A DNA stretch of 64,000 nt, taken from positions 88,350,001-88,414,000 of the forward strand of contig NC_042999.1 in the NCBI RefSeq assembly GCF_006345805.1, given 5' to 3'. The position numbers were made by a program, and so were the translations under genes. Positions 13,555 to 26,728 of this stretch are shown piece after piece. Origin of the DNA: Octopus sinensis (taxonomy: Eukaryota). Every line of letters starts with the position of its first letter. Within the stretch, counting starts at the first letter, position 1. Below the pieces are notes generated by a model. That model saw only the letters and a list, made by a program, of their open reading frames with translations, did no database searches and was not told where the DNA came from.

Positions 13555-13770
13555 GTCGGTGAGCTGGCAGAATTGTTAGCACGCCGGGTGAAATGCATAG
13601 CAGTATTTCGTGTGTTTTTACATTCTGTTTTCAAATTCCGCCGAGGTTCAGTTTGCCTTTCAACCTTTCGGAGTCGATAAATTAAGTACCAGTTGCATAC
13701 TGGGGTCAATCTAATCAACTGGCCCCCTCCCCCAAAATTTCAGGCCTTGTGCTGATAGTAGAGAGGATTA
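13555..13770 (+). mobile_element. SINE family S2
   Basis: gagctggcagaattgttagcacgccggg..ttcaaattccgccgagg..gataaattaagtaccag..ggccttgtgc. Other copies at 13948-14030, 43969-44537 (-) and 45693-45891. Confidence 0.85.
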
Positions 13771-13772
13771 TT

Positions 13773-13831
<59 letters not shown>

Positions 13832-13943
13832 GTTGTTGTTGTTGTTGTTGTTGTTGTTATCATCATCCTTATTATTATTATTATTATTATTTTTATTGCT
13901 ATTATTATTATTATCATTGATATTATTATTATCATCATTATTA
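13773..13943. repeat. (GTT)n/(ATT)n compound microsatellite
   Basis: Direct reading. Confidence 0.95.
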
Positions 13944-14417
13944 AGGTGGTGAGATGGCAGAATTGTTAGCTTGCTGGACAAAGTGCTTAGTGGTATTTTG
14001 ACAGTTTTGTCTGGGTTTTTTGTCCTTGAGTCAACTAATTTATGTGATTCTGCTATGTGAATCTGTGATGAATTTTCTATCAGCATTACTTTCATATCAT
14101 ATCACATCAGAACAAGTTCCATTAAAAAATATAGAAAAGAAACATTTTGAAGATGAAGGGATTTTTATTGTTGTTGGTACATATTTGTACCTGAAGTAAC
14201 ATAATTTAGGTTACACATATACCATGGAGGTAACTGTTTCAAAACTTATTAGGGCAAAAATATGAAAATAAACATGATCTGAAGGAAACAGTGCAACATT
14301 TTCGTCAAGACAGCATTCAGTTACTCAGGTTTGTTATCTTTTAATATTTCATTGTTGATATATAGTTATAAAATAGACGAACTGAAAAACCTACAGTAAA
14401 CTGACAAATGACAATTG

Positions 14418-14803
14418 AGATGGAAGCACTCCGTCGGTTACGACGACGAGGGTTCCGGTTGATCCGAATCAACGGAACAGCCTGCTCGTGAAATTAACGT
14501 GTAAGTGGCTGAGCACTCCACAGACACGTGTACCCTTAACGTAGTTCTCGGGGATATTCAGCGTGACACAGAGTGACAAGGCCGGCCCTTTGAAATACAG
14601 GTACAACAGAAAAAGGAAGTAAGAGTGAGAGAAAGTTGTGGTGAAAGAGTACAGCAGGGATCACCACCATCCCCTGCCGGAGCCTCATGGAGCTTTAGGT
14701 GTTTTCGCTCAATAAACACTCTCAATGCCCGGCCTGGTAATCGAAACCACAATCTTACAACTGTGAGTCTGCTGCCCTAACCACTGGACCATTGCGCCTC
14801 CAC
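14418..14803 (-). mobile_element. tRNA-derived SINE (family S3), full length
   Basis: Minus strand begins tggaggcgcaatggtccagtggttagggcagcagactc..ggtttcgattacc, with A-box-like and B-box-like motifs. Confidence 0.85.
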
Positions 14804-15143
14804 AAAAACAACAGCAATAGTGATAGCAATAAATAACAATTAATCTATAAATCAATCATTATCATTGTTATTGTTGTTGCTGCAATTTCCACTTCTCCAT
14901 ACTTGCATGGGCTGGATGGAATATTGTTGAGGCAGATTTTTTCCTGTTAGGTGCCTTTCCTATCACAAACCCTCATCTGTTTCCAAATATGATAATACTC
15001 CTTCATGATTTTACACAGAAGATCAGGAATGAAGGACATCACTTACAGGAGGGAGACATTAGTTTTTGACTATAACATGATATCAAGGCAAGGAAATTGT
15101 AATACACACACACTCACATGTATATATATATATATATATATAT

Positions 15144-15206
<63 letters not shown>

Positions 15207-15231
15207 CATAGATACATGAAATATGTCATCA

Positions 15232-15420
15232 TTATCATTTAACATTTGTTTTTCATGTTGGCAAGGGTTCAATGGTTTGATAGGTGGTGATCAGCCAGAG
15301 AGCTGCAAGAGGCTCCAGTTTTCTCTTTTGCATGGTTTCTACAGCTGGGTGCCCTTCCTAATGCCAACCACTTTACAGAATGTGCTGGGTTCTTTTTACA
15401 TGGCACCAGCACACACAATG
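15232..15420 (-). mobile_element. Solo RTE 3'-end copy
   Basis: Reverse complement of the 21225-21415 block, diverged. Confidence 0.7.
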
Positions 15421-16804
15421 GCTTTCTTTCACTTTCTGTCTACCAAATCTATTCATAAGATTTCGGTCATCCTGGGGCTCTAGTAGAAGATATTTGCCTT
15501 AGGTACCAAATGGAAGGATTGAGCTTGTAACCATGTGATTAAGAAGCAAATGTCTTATCACACAACCATAACTGTGTCCAATATTTTTGATATTTTTGCC
15601 AATACATTAATTATGAAGCAATTCAATCTACTTACTACGTAAGCATTCTATTCCTAGAATTAAAAACATAAATGGTGAGAAATGGGTTACCGTTTCCCAT
15701 CATAAAATGTCTTCTTTGGTATCACAACAATAAAGTGCTTACTAGGTTCTTTGATTAGCTGCCTTTTTTCTATATCTTTGTTTTTCTAAGTCCAAAATAA
15801 TTTGACAATGACTAGTCTCTAGGGAAGTAAATATTTTCTTTCAATCTCTTGCAACACTTGAATGTTCTAAGAGGATTGCCTCTGTTTCTCATGCAATCTT
15901 AGAATTTTCTTTAATTTTACTTTTCAAAAGCATCCATGTATATTTAAGCTCCAATAAGTACATGCATGTAAATGCTGTGACATACATATGTTCATATACA
16001 TAGATGTATGTGTGTATGAGTGTGAGTATGTGTGTGCATGCATGTGTGTGCATAGAAATACCCGCATATATACATTCATACATACCTACATACATATATG
16101 TATGTATATGCATGTATATATATACATACACATATACATATATATGTATATGTATGCGCACACACACACATATATATATATATTATATGCTACTCTACTG
16201 TGAGTGAGCATAAGAATGTTTTTATTTAATATGTAGAACAATGCATATTCAATATCTCCGTCTATACTTGTGTGTACTGTGCTCTTTATGCATGTGACAT
16301 ACAAAATTATGTGTGTATTTAAACAATGCTTTCTGGATATAAAGCTGGAAGGTCTGAGTTGTGGGGAACTTGGAGCCACTCTTTAAATACTACAACTCCT
16401 TGGTCCATTCTGATCTGGAAGAATAGTATCTGTCAGGGTCCCATCTAAGGGTGAAATAAATTTCCTCCGGGTAGAGGAGACTCCCATTATTTTTAACAAA
16501 ATCATGGAAAACACAGCACTTCTAAGAATAAGTTGCTCTGATATAAAACTTGAAATCAAAATGGTACCTGTAATCTTGCAATGCTTCTCAATGGAACCTT
16601 CTATGGTAAAAAAGTGAGTGGTAGAAGTGTTGTACAAGCGTTTGTCATTTAAATCCAGTGATGTATGGATGTGTTGCTTTCATTTAATAATCTTTGATCC
16701 ATTCTGTATTTTATAAAGCAATCAGGCTGAATGTGAGATGACTATCATCTGACAAGATGTGGCAATCATCATACATGCATACATATATTTATATTCTGGG
16801 TTTA

Positions 16805-16887
<83 letters not shown>

Positions 16888-16907
16888 TTATCTATCTATC
16901 TATCTCA
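16805..16907. repeat. (ATCT)n microsatellite
   Basis: Direct reading. Confidence 0.95.
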
Positions 16908-17767
16908 GTACACTCACACACACACACACATACACACACATGCAGTCATACACACACACACACACACACATGCAGTCATACACGCATACACACACACATA
17001 TATTCGGTACTTTGCTATACGTACTCATAAATACCTGTTCTCCACTGCAGAATTGTTAATGCCACTTCCCTTACAAAAGAGGTTTGGCCTGTAAGACCCT
17101 GAGCTGGTGGCACATAAAAGCACCCATGTTAGCAACACATAAAAAGCTTTCATGTCAGTCCAACAAAATAAGCACCCAGCACATTACGAAGGGCATTCAG
17201 TAGTAGAAACCAAGCCAACTTGGACTGGTACCTGGTGAAACTCTTTGGCTGGCCAGCTCTGGTCGAACCATCTAACCTATGCCAGCATGGAAAACAGAAA
17301 TATGATGATGGTGATATATGGTGATCATATGCAATTACAATAAAAAGAAAGAAATTTGAAGATATGCGATATCAAAGTCATAACTGAAAATTTAAATTGT
17401 TTCTCAATTAAATATTTGTCCTTTAAATTCTCTTGTTATCGAATATTTTGCTCCTTTACTTTCAGAAGAAACATAAATATATTAAATGATTAAAAGGCTG
17501 AATAGTAACGTGTCAGAGTGAAAGAGTGAATATAAAAAGGGTAAGCAAAAGCATGAATCCATTGTCTGTCAAAATTTGGGTTTTTAATCATTTAGCATAA
17601 TTATATTGCATTGAAAAACAAAATCAATAATGAAAGAAAATATTTTTTTAAAACCCTATGTAAATTTAAATTTAAACTTATGTCTATAACAGTATTTTCC
17701 TGCAAAAGACTTAATATGTGCATATATATATATATATAGATATGTATGTATGTATATATGAGTATAT

Positions 17768-17798
<31 letters not shown>

Positions 17799-17846
17799 GC
17801 ATACATACATACATATATATAAGTATATATATATGCATACACACAC

Positions 17847-17886
<40 letters not shown>

Positions 17887-17890
<4 letters not shown>

Positions 17891-20800
17891 GGAGAGGAGG
17901 ATCAGCTAGGTTCCTCACAGGCAAGGAACGCAGGTACAAGATTTTCTGGGCAGGGAACACTGACGGGGTTGGTGGCGTGGGTATACTTATCGCTTAGAAA
18001 TGGGTAGATAAAGTAATTGAGGTAATCAGAGTAAGTGACAGAATACTTAAGATTAGATTAGTGCTTCATCATAGTTTAGCAACCATTATATCAGCCTATG
18101 CTCCTCAGTCGGGGCTACCCGATGGACAGAAAGACCGATTCTATGACACTCTACTGCAGACTACCTCATTGACGAACGACAGAGACCTTATCTTTGTGGC
18201 TGGTGACTTCAATGGTCACGTTGGACGACATGCTGGGGGCTTCCATGGCGTACATGGAGGCTATGGCTATGGCTCCCGCAACGAGGAGGGAACCAGGCTG
18301 CTGGAGTTCTGCGATGCAAATAATCTTATGATTTGCAACACTAACTTCAGGAAACCTACCAGCCACCTAGTCACTTACCAATCGGGCCAACATACCAGCC
18401 AAATTGACTACATCCTTACAAGGCAAAGGGAGAGATGGCTGCTTATAAATGCCAAAACCTTCCCAGGTGAAGAATGTACCCCACAACATAGACTGGTAGT
18501 TAGTGACTTTAGGATCAGGACTAGGAGGACAATCAGAAGACGACAAATATGGAGAAGAAGGATCTGGAAGCTTAAAGATCCTGCAAATGGACAGAGATTT
18601 AGGGACATATTACTTGAAGCCTCTGACGAAGTAGAAGGGGATAGAGCATCACAGGGGGTAGAAGACAGCTGGACGTTTCTAAGGGACAACCTGCTGAGAG
18701 CCACTGACCAGATCTGTGGCTGGTGCAAAGTCCCCTCTCGACCTAGAATAACGTGGTGGTGGAACAATATTGTAGACAGGGCTATTAGAGAAAAGAGACA
18801 GGGAAGCTTGGAAGGTCTGGAAAAATGGGTAGCAGGGAATTGTATCAGACTGCCAAAAGAGAAGCTAGGAGACAGGTTTATTTAGCCAGAGGGGAAGCAG
18901 ATAAGAAAAAATTTGCCAATGTTCTGCGCCGTGAGGACCAAGACTGGAGGTGTTTCGTGTTGCAAGACAGTGTGTGAGAGAGAATCGTGATGTGGTAGGA
19001 GAGAAGTGTGTTCGCATGGAAGATGGTTCACTTGCGCTAAATGAGGATGCAAAGAGAGAGGTTTGGAGATGCCACTATGAAAGGTTGCTGAATGAAGAAA
19101 ATGAATGGGATAAAGAGAGTCTGCCGAATGTTGACCCAACAGAGGGACCAGCTATCCGAGTTGATAGTTCTGTGGTAGCTAAGGCAATTAGAAGCATGAA
19201 GACAGGAAAGCCCCAGGCCCATCAGGAATCACTGCAGAGATGCTCAAAATGTCTGGAAGTGTCGGCTATAGCCTAGTCACCCATATAGTTAATCAGGTGA
19301 TACACAAAGGGGTCATACCCAATGACAGGTGTAGCAGTATAATAGTCAACTGCTACAAAGGTAAAGGTGATGCCCTAGATACAAATAACTACAGAGGTAT
19401 CAAGCTGTTGGACCAGGTGATGAAGGTTACGGAGAGGGTCATAGCCCAACTAATTAGAGAGAGAGAGTTAGTTTAGATGAGATGCAGTTTGGGTTTGTGC
19501 CAGGGAAAAGTACTACTGATGCTATATTCCTGGTAAGGCAGCTGCAGGAGAAATACCTAGCCAAAGATAAGCCCCTGTACCTGGCTTTTGTTGACATGGA
19601 GAAAGCCTTCGACAGGGTCCCCCGATCCCTTATCTGGTGGGCAATGAGAAAACTAGGGATAGATGAATGGTTAGTGAGAGCTGTGCGGGCCATGTATAGG
19701 GACGCCGCTAGTAGGGTGAGGGTTGGAAATGAGTACAGTGAAGAATTCCGGGTAGAGGTAGGGGTCCACCAAGGCTCAGTACTCAGCCCCCTCCTATTTA
19801 TCATAGTCCTCCAGGCAATAACGGAGGAATTCAAGACAGGATGCCCTTGGGAGCTCCTCTATGCTGATGACCTTGCTCTAATTGCTGAGTCGCTATCAGA
19901 ACTGGAGGAGAAGTTTCAGGTGTGGAAACAAGGATTAGAATCGAAGGGCCTCAGAGTCAATCTAGCTAAAACCAAAGTCGTAATCAGTAGGAAGGTAGAC
20001 AAATCACAAACACCTTCAGGTAGATGGCCCTGCTCGATCTGTAGAAAAGGTGTAGGTAGAAACTCTATAAGATGCACCAAGTGTAAGCTATGGACACATA
20101 AGAGATGCAGCAATGTCAAAGGAAGGCTAACTAGGAAGATGGTTTTTGTATGTGGCAGATGCTCAGGAACAATAAACACTGAAAATGCTCTGAGACCAAC
20201 TTCCGTCACTTTCCAGGGAGAAAAACTAGAAATAGTTGATAGTTTCCGTTACCTAGGTGACCAAGTCAGCAGCGGGGGCGGGTGTGCTGAAAGTGTAACT
20301 GCTAGAGTAAGAATAGCTTGGGCAAAGTTCAGAGAGCTCTTACCTCTGCTGGTGACAAAAGGCCTCTCGCACAGAGTGAAAGGCAGACTGTATGATGCGT
20401 GTGTACGAACAGCCATGCTACATGGCAGTGAAACATGGGCCGTGACTGCTGAGGATATGCGTAAGCTCGCTAGAAATGAAGCCAGTATGCTCCGATGGAT
20501 GTGTAATGCCGGTACTCACACTCGGCAGAGTGTAAGTACCTTGAGAGAAAAGCTGGACCTAAGAAGCATCAGTTATGGTGTGCAAGAGAGACGTTTGCGC
20601 TGATATGGTCATGTGGCGAGAATGGATGAAGATAGTTGTGTGAAAAAGTGCCACACCCTAGCGGTTGAGGGAACCTGTGGAAGAGGCAGACCCAGGAAAA
20701 CCTGGGACGAGGTGGTGAAGCACGACCATCGAACTTTAGGTCTCACTGAGGAAATGACTAGAGACCGAGACCTCTGGAAGTGTGCTGTGCGCGAGAAGAC

Positions 20801-21415
20801 CCGGCAGGACAAGTGAGTCCACAACCCGTGGCCTTCTACATGGGATGGAGCCAGCCTACGTATGCATACCTTCCCTTCTTGGGACACAAAACTCTACTTG
20901 TGAAGACGTGTTGAGGCAAGTGAGGATCAGAATCGAAATCGATCAATGGAAATTGCGGATGTGCTACCAGTGCCGGTGGCATGTCGAAACTCTGCTTGTG
21001 AAGACCCATTGAGGCAAGTGAGGATCAGAATCGAAATCGATCAATGGAATTGCAGATGTGTTACCAGTGCCGGTGGCATGTAAGAGAACTTTCCGTTTCG
21101 CGACCGTTGCCAGCACCGCCCCGTTTCGTGTCCGTTGCCAGCCTCGCCTGGCCCTCGTGCCGGTGGCACATAAAAAGCACCATCCGTTCGTGGCCGTTTG
21201 CCAGCTCTGTCTGGCACCAGTGCGGGTGGCACGTAAAAAGCACCCACTACACTCACGGAGTGGTTGGCGTTAGGAAGGGCATCCAGCCGTAGAAACACTG
21301 CCAGATTTGACTGGGCCTGATGAAGCCTTCTGGCTTCACAGACCCCAGTAGAACCGTCCAACCCATGCTAGCATGGAAAACGGACGCTAAATGATGATGA
21401 TGATGATGATGATGA
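17887..21415 (+). mobile_element. RTE-clade LINE, slightly 5'-truncated, with disrupted APE-RT ORF
   Basis: APE motifs SAYAPQ, GDFNGHVG and SQIDYIL. RT motifs QFGFVPG, FVDMEKAFDRV, GVHQGSVLSP and LLYADD (19860-19871). Stops at 17995-17997 and 20601-20603 and about four frameshifts. 3' UTR ends in (ATG)n. TA-rich microsatellite on both sides. Confidence 0.95.
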
Positions 21416-21443
21416 TATATATACATACATACATACATATATA

Positions 21444-23041
21444 CAGTTGCGGCCACAATGTTCAGAACGGCATTGTTTTCGTCAGTAAAGTAAGTATAAG
21501 TTTTTATCAAAGTAGTTTTATATTCTATAATTTTCACAGACAATAAATACAATATTAATTGTTATTGTCTAAGATTTAGGTGTAATTTGAGAGGATAATA
21601 CAAAAGTTATGGATGATTTAGTGATTTACTGCAAAACCTATGGCGGCCAAAATGATCAGAACGGTTGAAAAAATAACAAAATAATCAAAAATGACAGAAA
21701 ATACTGGAATTATTTAATATTTAGTGTGAAGCCCTTTAGCTTCAATCACACTCTGACATCTTCGACTGCATGAGGAAATTAAATTTTCAATTTCTTGCTG
21801 GGTGATCTTATTCCATTCTTCCTAAAGGGCATTCCATAATTGCTCAGTTGTTTTAGGATTTCTGGCTTTCGGACGTTCTCCTAGAATATTCCATACATTT
21901 TCAATAGGATTGAGATCTGGGCTTTGAGCCAATCCATAACAATAACCTTTTCAGCCTTGAGGAAGTTCATGACCACCTTAGCATTGTGACATGGGGCATT
22001 GTCCTGCATGAATATGGGTGGTCGCTTAGTTGAATTTCTCAGCACAGGCAAGACATGATCTTTTACAAGTTGTTTATAAACTCCTGCATTTACCTTTCCA
22101 TGTAATCGCACCAAAGGGCCCACACCATCTCCAGATATCATCCCCCTAAACCATGACACTTCCTCCACCGAATTTAACACTAGTCTTAAGGCATTTAGGC
22201 GACAACTTTTCACCTACTTTTCCCATCTGAGCCAAATAACATAAACTTAGATTCATCACTGAAATGCACCGTTTGCCATTTTTCTTGAGAACACAACACA
22301 TGTTCGGTTGCAAAGGTAAGACAACACTTTTTATTCTTGGAGCTGATCAGTGGCTTCACTGCAGGTGCTCTTGCTTGTAGGTCATGTTCAACTAAATGAC
22401 GAGACACAGTTTTTCGAGATAAAGTTTTCTTCAATACAATGCTCATTTTCCGAGAAACAGCAGCAGCAGTTTTAAATCTATCCTTTTTAACCAACTTTAC
22501 CATAGCACGATCTTCTCTCTTGGTCGTTTTTCTTGGCCTACCTGTAAACTTTCGGGCTTCACACGAACCACAATCATCGTAGACCTTAAGAATACCGTGT
22601 ACAACACTTTTTGACTTGTTAACAATCTTTGCAATAGATCCAATACTTAAATTATCCTTCCTTCGAAGCTTAATAATCTGCTGACGGAGTAAGTGGCATT
22701 ATATTAACAAAGTACACTGTAAATATTCTTACTAATGTTTAGTAAACGAACCGTCACGTAAACAAATTCAAAACATTAGAGTTCGCCGGTTAAATTTACT
22801 AAAACACGGAGTAAAAGCAACCGTTCTGATCATTTTGGCCGCCATGGGTTTTGCAGTAAATCACTAAATCATCCATAACTTTTGTATTATCCTCTCAAAT
22901 TACACCAAAATCTCAGGCAATAACAAATAATATCGTATTTATTGTCTGTGAAAATTATAGAATATAAAACAACTTTGATAAAGAAGTATATCTACTTTTC
23001 TGACGAAAACAATGCCGTTCTGAACATTTTGGCCGCAACTG
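21444..23041 (-). mobile_element. Tc1-family (DD34E-type) DNA transposon, 224-bp IR/DR terminal repeats, TA target duplication
   Basis: TIRs at 21444-21667 and 22818-23041 (about 14 mismatches counted by eye), flanked by TA. Frameshifted transposase with GRPRKT, FSDESKF, FMQDNAPCH and a disrupted WPAQSPDLNPIEN-type motif. Confidence 0.95.
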
Positions 23042-23082
23042 TATATATATACTTACATACATACATATATATATTCACATAT

Positions 23083-23138
<56 letters not shown>

Positions 23139-23141
<3 letters not shown>

Positions 23142-25130
23142 TGTAAATACATTTCTTATATTTCACTAGTTTTAATTATTCTGACGAAGCATAAAATTCA
23201 AGTAAACACTTGATGTGTCATAAATAAAATCTACATTTTAAAATCTTTAAATGTCTTTGGGGACCATTTTCCTTTTTGATTGTGGTGTTCACTTATTCTT
23301 CAAACCCCATACGCAGCTAGTAAACTTAGCAGCTTCATCGATGTATCAGAATGAAGGAAGGTGTTTAGCATAATGTTTTTTGAAATCGCCTTCACATAGC
23401 CTGCTGTAATTTTTTTTTTTCAGTTAGGTTATCTTGAAACGTTGCCGTGACTACTGCCTCATATACAATGGCATTTATCATACATACAGCTGTATGATAT
23501 TTCAAACAAGCATCTGTTGAAAATCTTTCTGTATTCATTATTTACTGGGAAATGCTTATCTAAAAGAGACAGGAATTTTGTGTCTACGTTAGTTTTGATA
23601 TTTAGAGAAAAAGTGAGGGCGGATCATATTATGATCCTAGGTCTATTTTCTGATGGTGATCCATATTTTTACTTTAAAGGTTGTAACGTACCTTTTTTTT
23701 TGAAGCGGCTGTTAGCAAAAGCATTGTTATAGTAGGGGACTGCCTTATCGAATATTTCTTTAGAAGATGTTAGGTATCAGGCTCCTAAGCACTATCATAG
23801 GTAGTAAGAGGACTGTTTGTGTATGTAGGAGAGTTTCTATTTTAGTTTATAGTATGATTTGTAAGAGTGGGAGTTTAGATCTAGGGAAACATATAAAAAA
23901 ATCGACTTTTGATAGATTAGTAGTAACAATGATTTTATGGCCTAATTAACTAAGGATGTCAATGAGTTCTTTCCTAAATTTATCGATAGTGTGACCATCG
24001 CAGCCATGAAATATTCCCAACCCATCTTCCTGGTGTAGATCGATATCGTAGGGTGGGAATTCGGACATCAACGTATTTAATGTAAAGAAACTTACAAGAT
24101 TACAGATGTTCACACTGTCATATGATCCCATTGATACATCGAACAATTCATCTGCATAAGATTTTTTAACCCCTACTAAGTCCTTACTAAATTGAAGTGT
24201 TTTTCTCACATATATGATAAAGTCCAGCTCTATGTGGTCTATATTAACATATATTTTCACGAACTCTGTTGCCTTATCAAGCAGCGATTTTGATATCGAG
24301 TGATAACGACTAGAATATCAAACTGTATAAATCTAGTCCTTTGCTTATCCTTGAAATTCTTCAACCAGTCGATTACAGTACTGCTATTATCCCATTATTG
24401 TAGAATAGCAGAATCTCTAATTCTGATGTTAATATTCCTTAGGTTTTTGTTTTTTTTTCTTGTAGTGAACTGATTTCAATCCTCACAGTTATCAGTCTAC
24501 AAGTGGGTTTATTACTGAAATTAGGTTTGTGATGACAGCTCCTCTTTCTGCTAAGCTTTCTAATCTATCATCAATCCTATTACGTTTAAAGAGGAATTTA
24601 GCTTCATCATTAGTATCATTGTATCTATGTTAGCTTTCTTATATTTAGTGTAAATAATGTCATTCAATAACTTATCATATAGATCATTAGTGATTTCATA
24701 CAGCTTGTTGGTCTGATAAAAAGTACGAACATCTTTTCAGAGCTTCTAAAGTTTCTAATACAAGATTTGAGTTTGAATTGAATTTACAGAATTGGTAACT
24801 AAATCAATGAGGTCTGCCCCAAAAGGGGTTAAATCTTTTATCTTGAGAGGGTATTTAAGTATCTTTTATTCATAACACTCTGAAGTAGTGGAAGATAGCA
24901 TAGCATCAAAAACTAAGGCCATCCATCTCATCCATTTTATGAGGTCAACTTTCTCAAGAAACATTCTGTGGATATGTATTTTGGTGGTGCATGTATATTC
25001 TTAGCTGAGTAATCCATGTGGTATAAATCCATAATAGTGTGCGAATTGGTGGAATCCTTAGAGTCACTCAACTTAACATAGCAATAATGCCAAACATGTA
25101 TATAATAAATTTGCAGTAGAAAACAATGTG
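23139..25130 (-). mobile_element. Full-length but decayed Penelope-like element (short-RT, Hydra-like), abutting (TA)n
   Basis: ATG near 25032 gives MDLYHMDYSAKNI. Later motifs are FDVSMGSYDS..LHQEDGLGIF (degenerate YRDDGL), LLDKHFP..KIFNR..ISYSC, and the GIY-YIG region IVYEAVV..YSRLCEGDFKKHYAKH. Clade assignment is from memory of family motifs. Confidence 0.8.
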
Positions 25131-25279
25131 TTAGAGGTATATAGTTTACTGTTCTGTTAAGGTATGATCAAGAAAAATAGTACTCAATTCAGAAAGTGAT
25201 AAATACAGTATACAAATATGAGTTGCTAATAGCTTCTTGCTTTGGAGACAAGGGCTAAGGCAGGTTTTTATAATATGCC

Positions 25280-25640
25280 TTATGTCTGTAAGCAATATTC
25301 TGGCCTAGTTGCTGTAGAATAATTTAACGGGTGGGGTCCAAGGTCTGCGAGACAGCTGCTCAATTCAGAAAGGGTGTTGTCCTCCACTTTGCCAAAAGAA
25401 ATTTGTCCATGTGCTTGCATTTACTGAAAATTTTGGATCTGGAATTCAAGATAACCCGATCAAAAGGAAAAATTACATCGGGTTATGTGAAGGTAATTTC
25501 AAAAGATGTTATGCAAACCACCTATCTTCTTTCTGGCACATAAACAAAGCCACTAAGTTTGCTAGCCCCGTGTGAGGGCAGGAAGACCAACTGCACACCA
25601 CATACAATCAAGCAGAGAATTGTAAAGAAATATTTTCGTA
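25280..25640 (+). mobile_element. Inverted copy of the 3' (linker and endonuclease) part of the same PLE family
   Basis: CSIQKGCCPPLC..KNYIGLCEGNFKRCYANHLSSF aligns with the reverse complement of 23290-23440 (roughly 70-75% identity by eye). Confidence 0.7.
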
Positions 25641-26672
25641 AGTCCCAAGGTTTTCTAGTAACTGAAAAATTATTGAGAATGTGTATCATATGCTTGGACG
25701 CCAGGAAAATATTTCATCTGAGTCACGTGTGATGCACACGATGAGGGAAGAGTTAATAACTATGGCATATTTTAAATAGAGCTATTGCAGTTGATTCAGT
25801 TATTGTAATCTTTGCATATTACAGCTGGCAATATCTCTCAATAAAATCCTGAGGTATATTTCAGTAATGATACATTTTTCCTAGAAAAATTCTTGCTTGC
25901 CAACATTGTAAGCCATTCTAAGTAATTTCATAAAAATTGGTATTTTATGAGCCAAGAGGAGTAATTTCCCTTGCTAATGTAACTAGATGTAAATTAGGAT
26001 ACTTTCCTGATATCATAGTACCCTAGTAATTTTTGGGGTCTGCAATGGCTCAGATCACATGATCAGCCTCAACCAATAACAACAGATGTTACTGGTGTTC
26101 TGTGGAAATATCACCTCTTGCATTCATTCACAAAACTGCCTGACTGATCATGCATTTACTTCACATGTGTGTGAAACTCCAGTAATAGTGTAAATCATTA
26201 ACTGTTAACTTACACATAAAGATACACAGACACACACATATATATACAGACACACATATATACATTCATAAATACATAACTACACACACACACACACACA
26301 TGCATATATACATATATATATATATATATATCATCATTATCATATGTGTGTATGTGTGTGTGGTGTCTGTACATGTGTGTGTGTGTGTTTGTATATGTAT
26401 ATAAGCACCTATTTTACTTCTTCTATAGCTACCAAGTCAGAACCATTTTTTGTCATTCTTCATTTATCTTCTATTGTCTTTCACTTCCTTAGTCAGATGT
26501 AGTTTTCTTACTTGCTTTCGAACCTTTACTTTCGATGCCTTTTTTTTAAAATTCAGCTTCTCTATTTGCTTCCTTCGGTTTTGCTTTTATTACTTTGTAT
26601 TTTGTTTGTCTCTTTTCTTATTGTTTCCTTCCTTCCTTTTGTATTGTAATTTGTACCAGTCAAGCTCTCTTT

Positions 26673-26728
<56 letters not shown>

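Noticed and set aside
20601-20603. In-frame TGA in LINE ORF2 as selenocysteine or programmed readthrough
   Set aside because: It falls at the conserved Trp of RLRW(Y/F)GHV in a copy with several other lesions, so a simple TGG>TGA mutation explains it.
20960-21240. Repeated 12-nt motif with variable spacers resembling a CRISPR array
   Set aside because: The repeat is too short, the spacing is irregular, two units are a tandem duplication, it lies inside a LINE 3' UTR of an animal genome, and no cas genes are present.
21315-21340. CTGATGA followed by a hairpin in the LINE 3' UTR as a hammerhead
   Set aside because: There is no GAAA or stem III, and other copies read cctggtgcagcc. It is better explained as a LINE 3' stem-loop.
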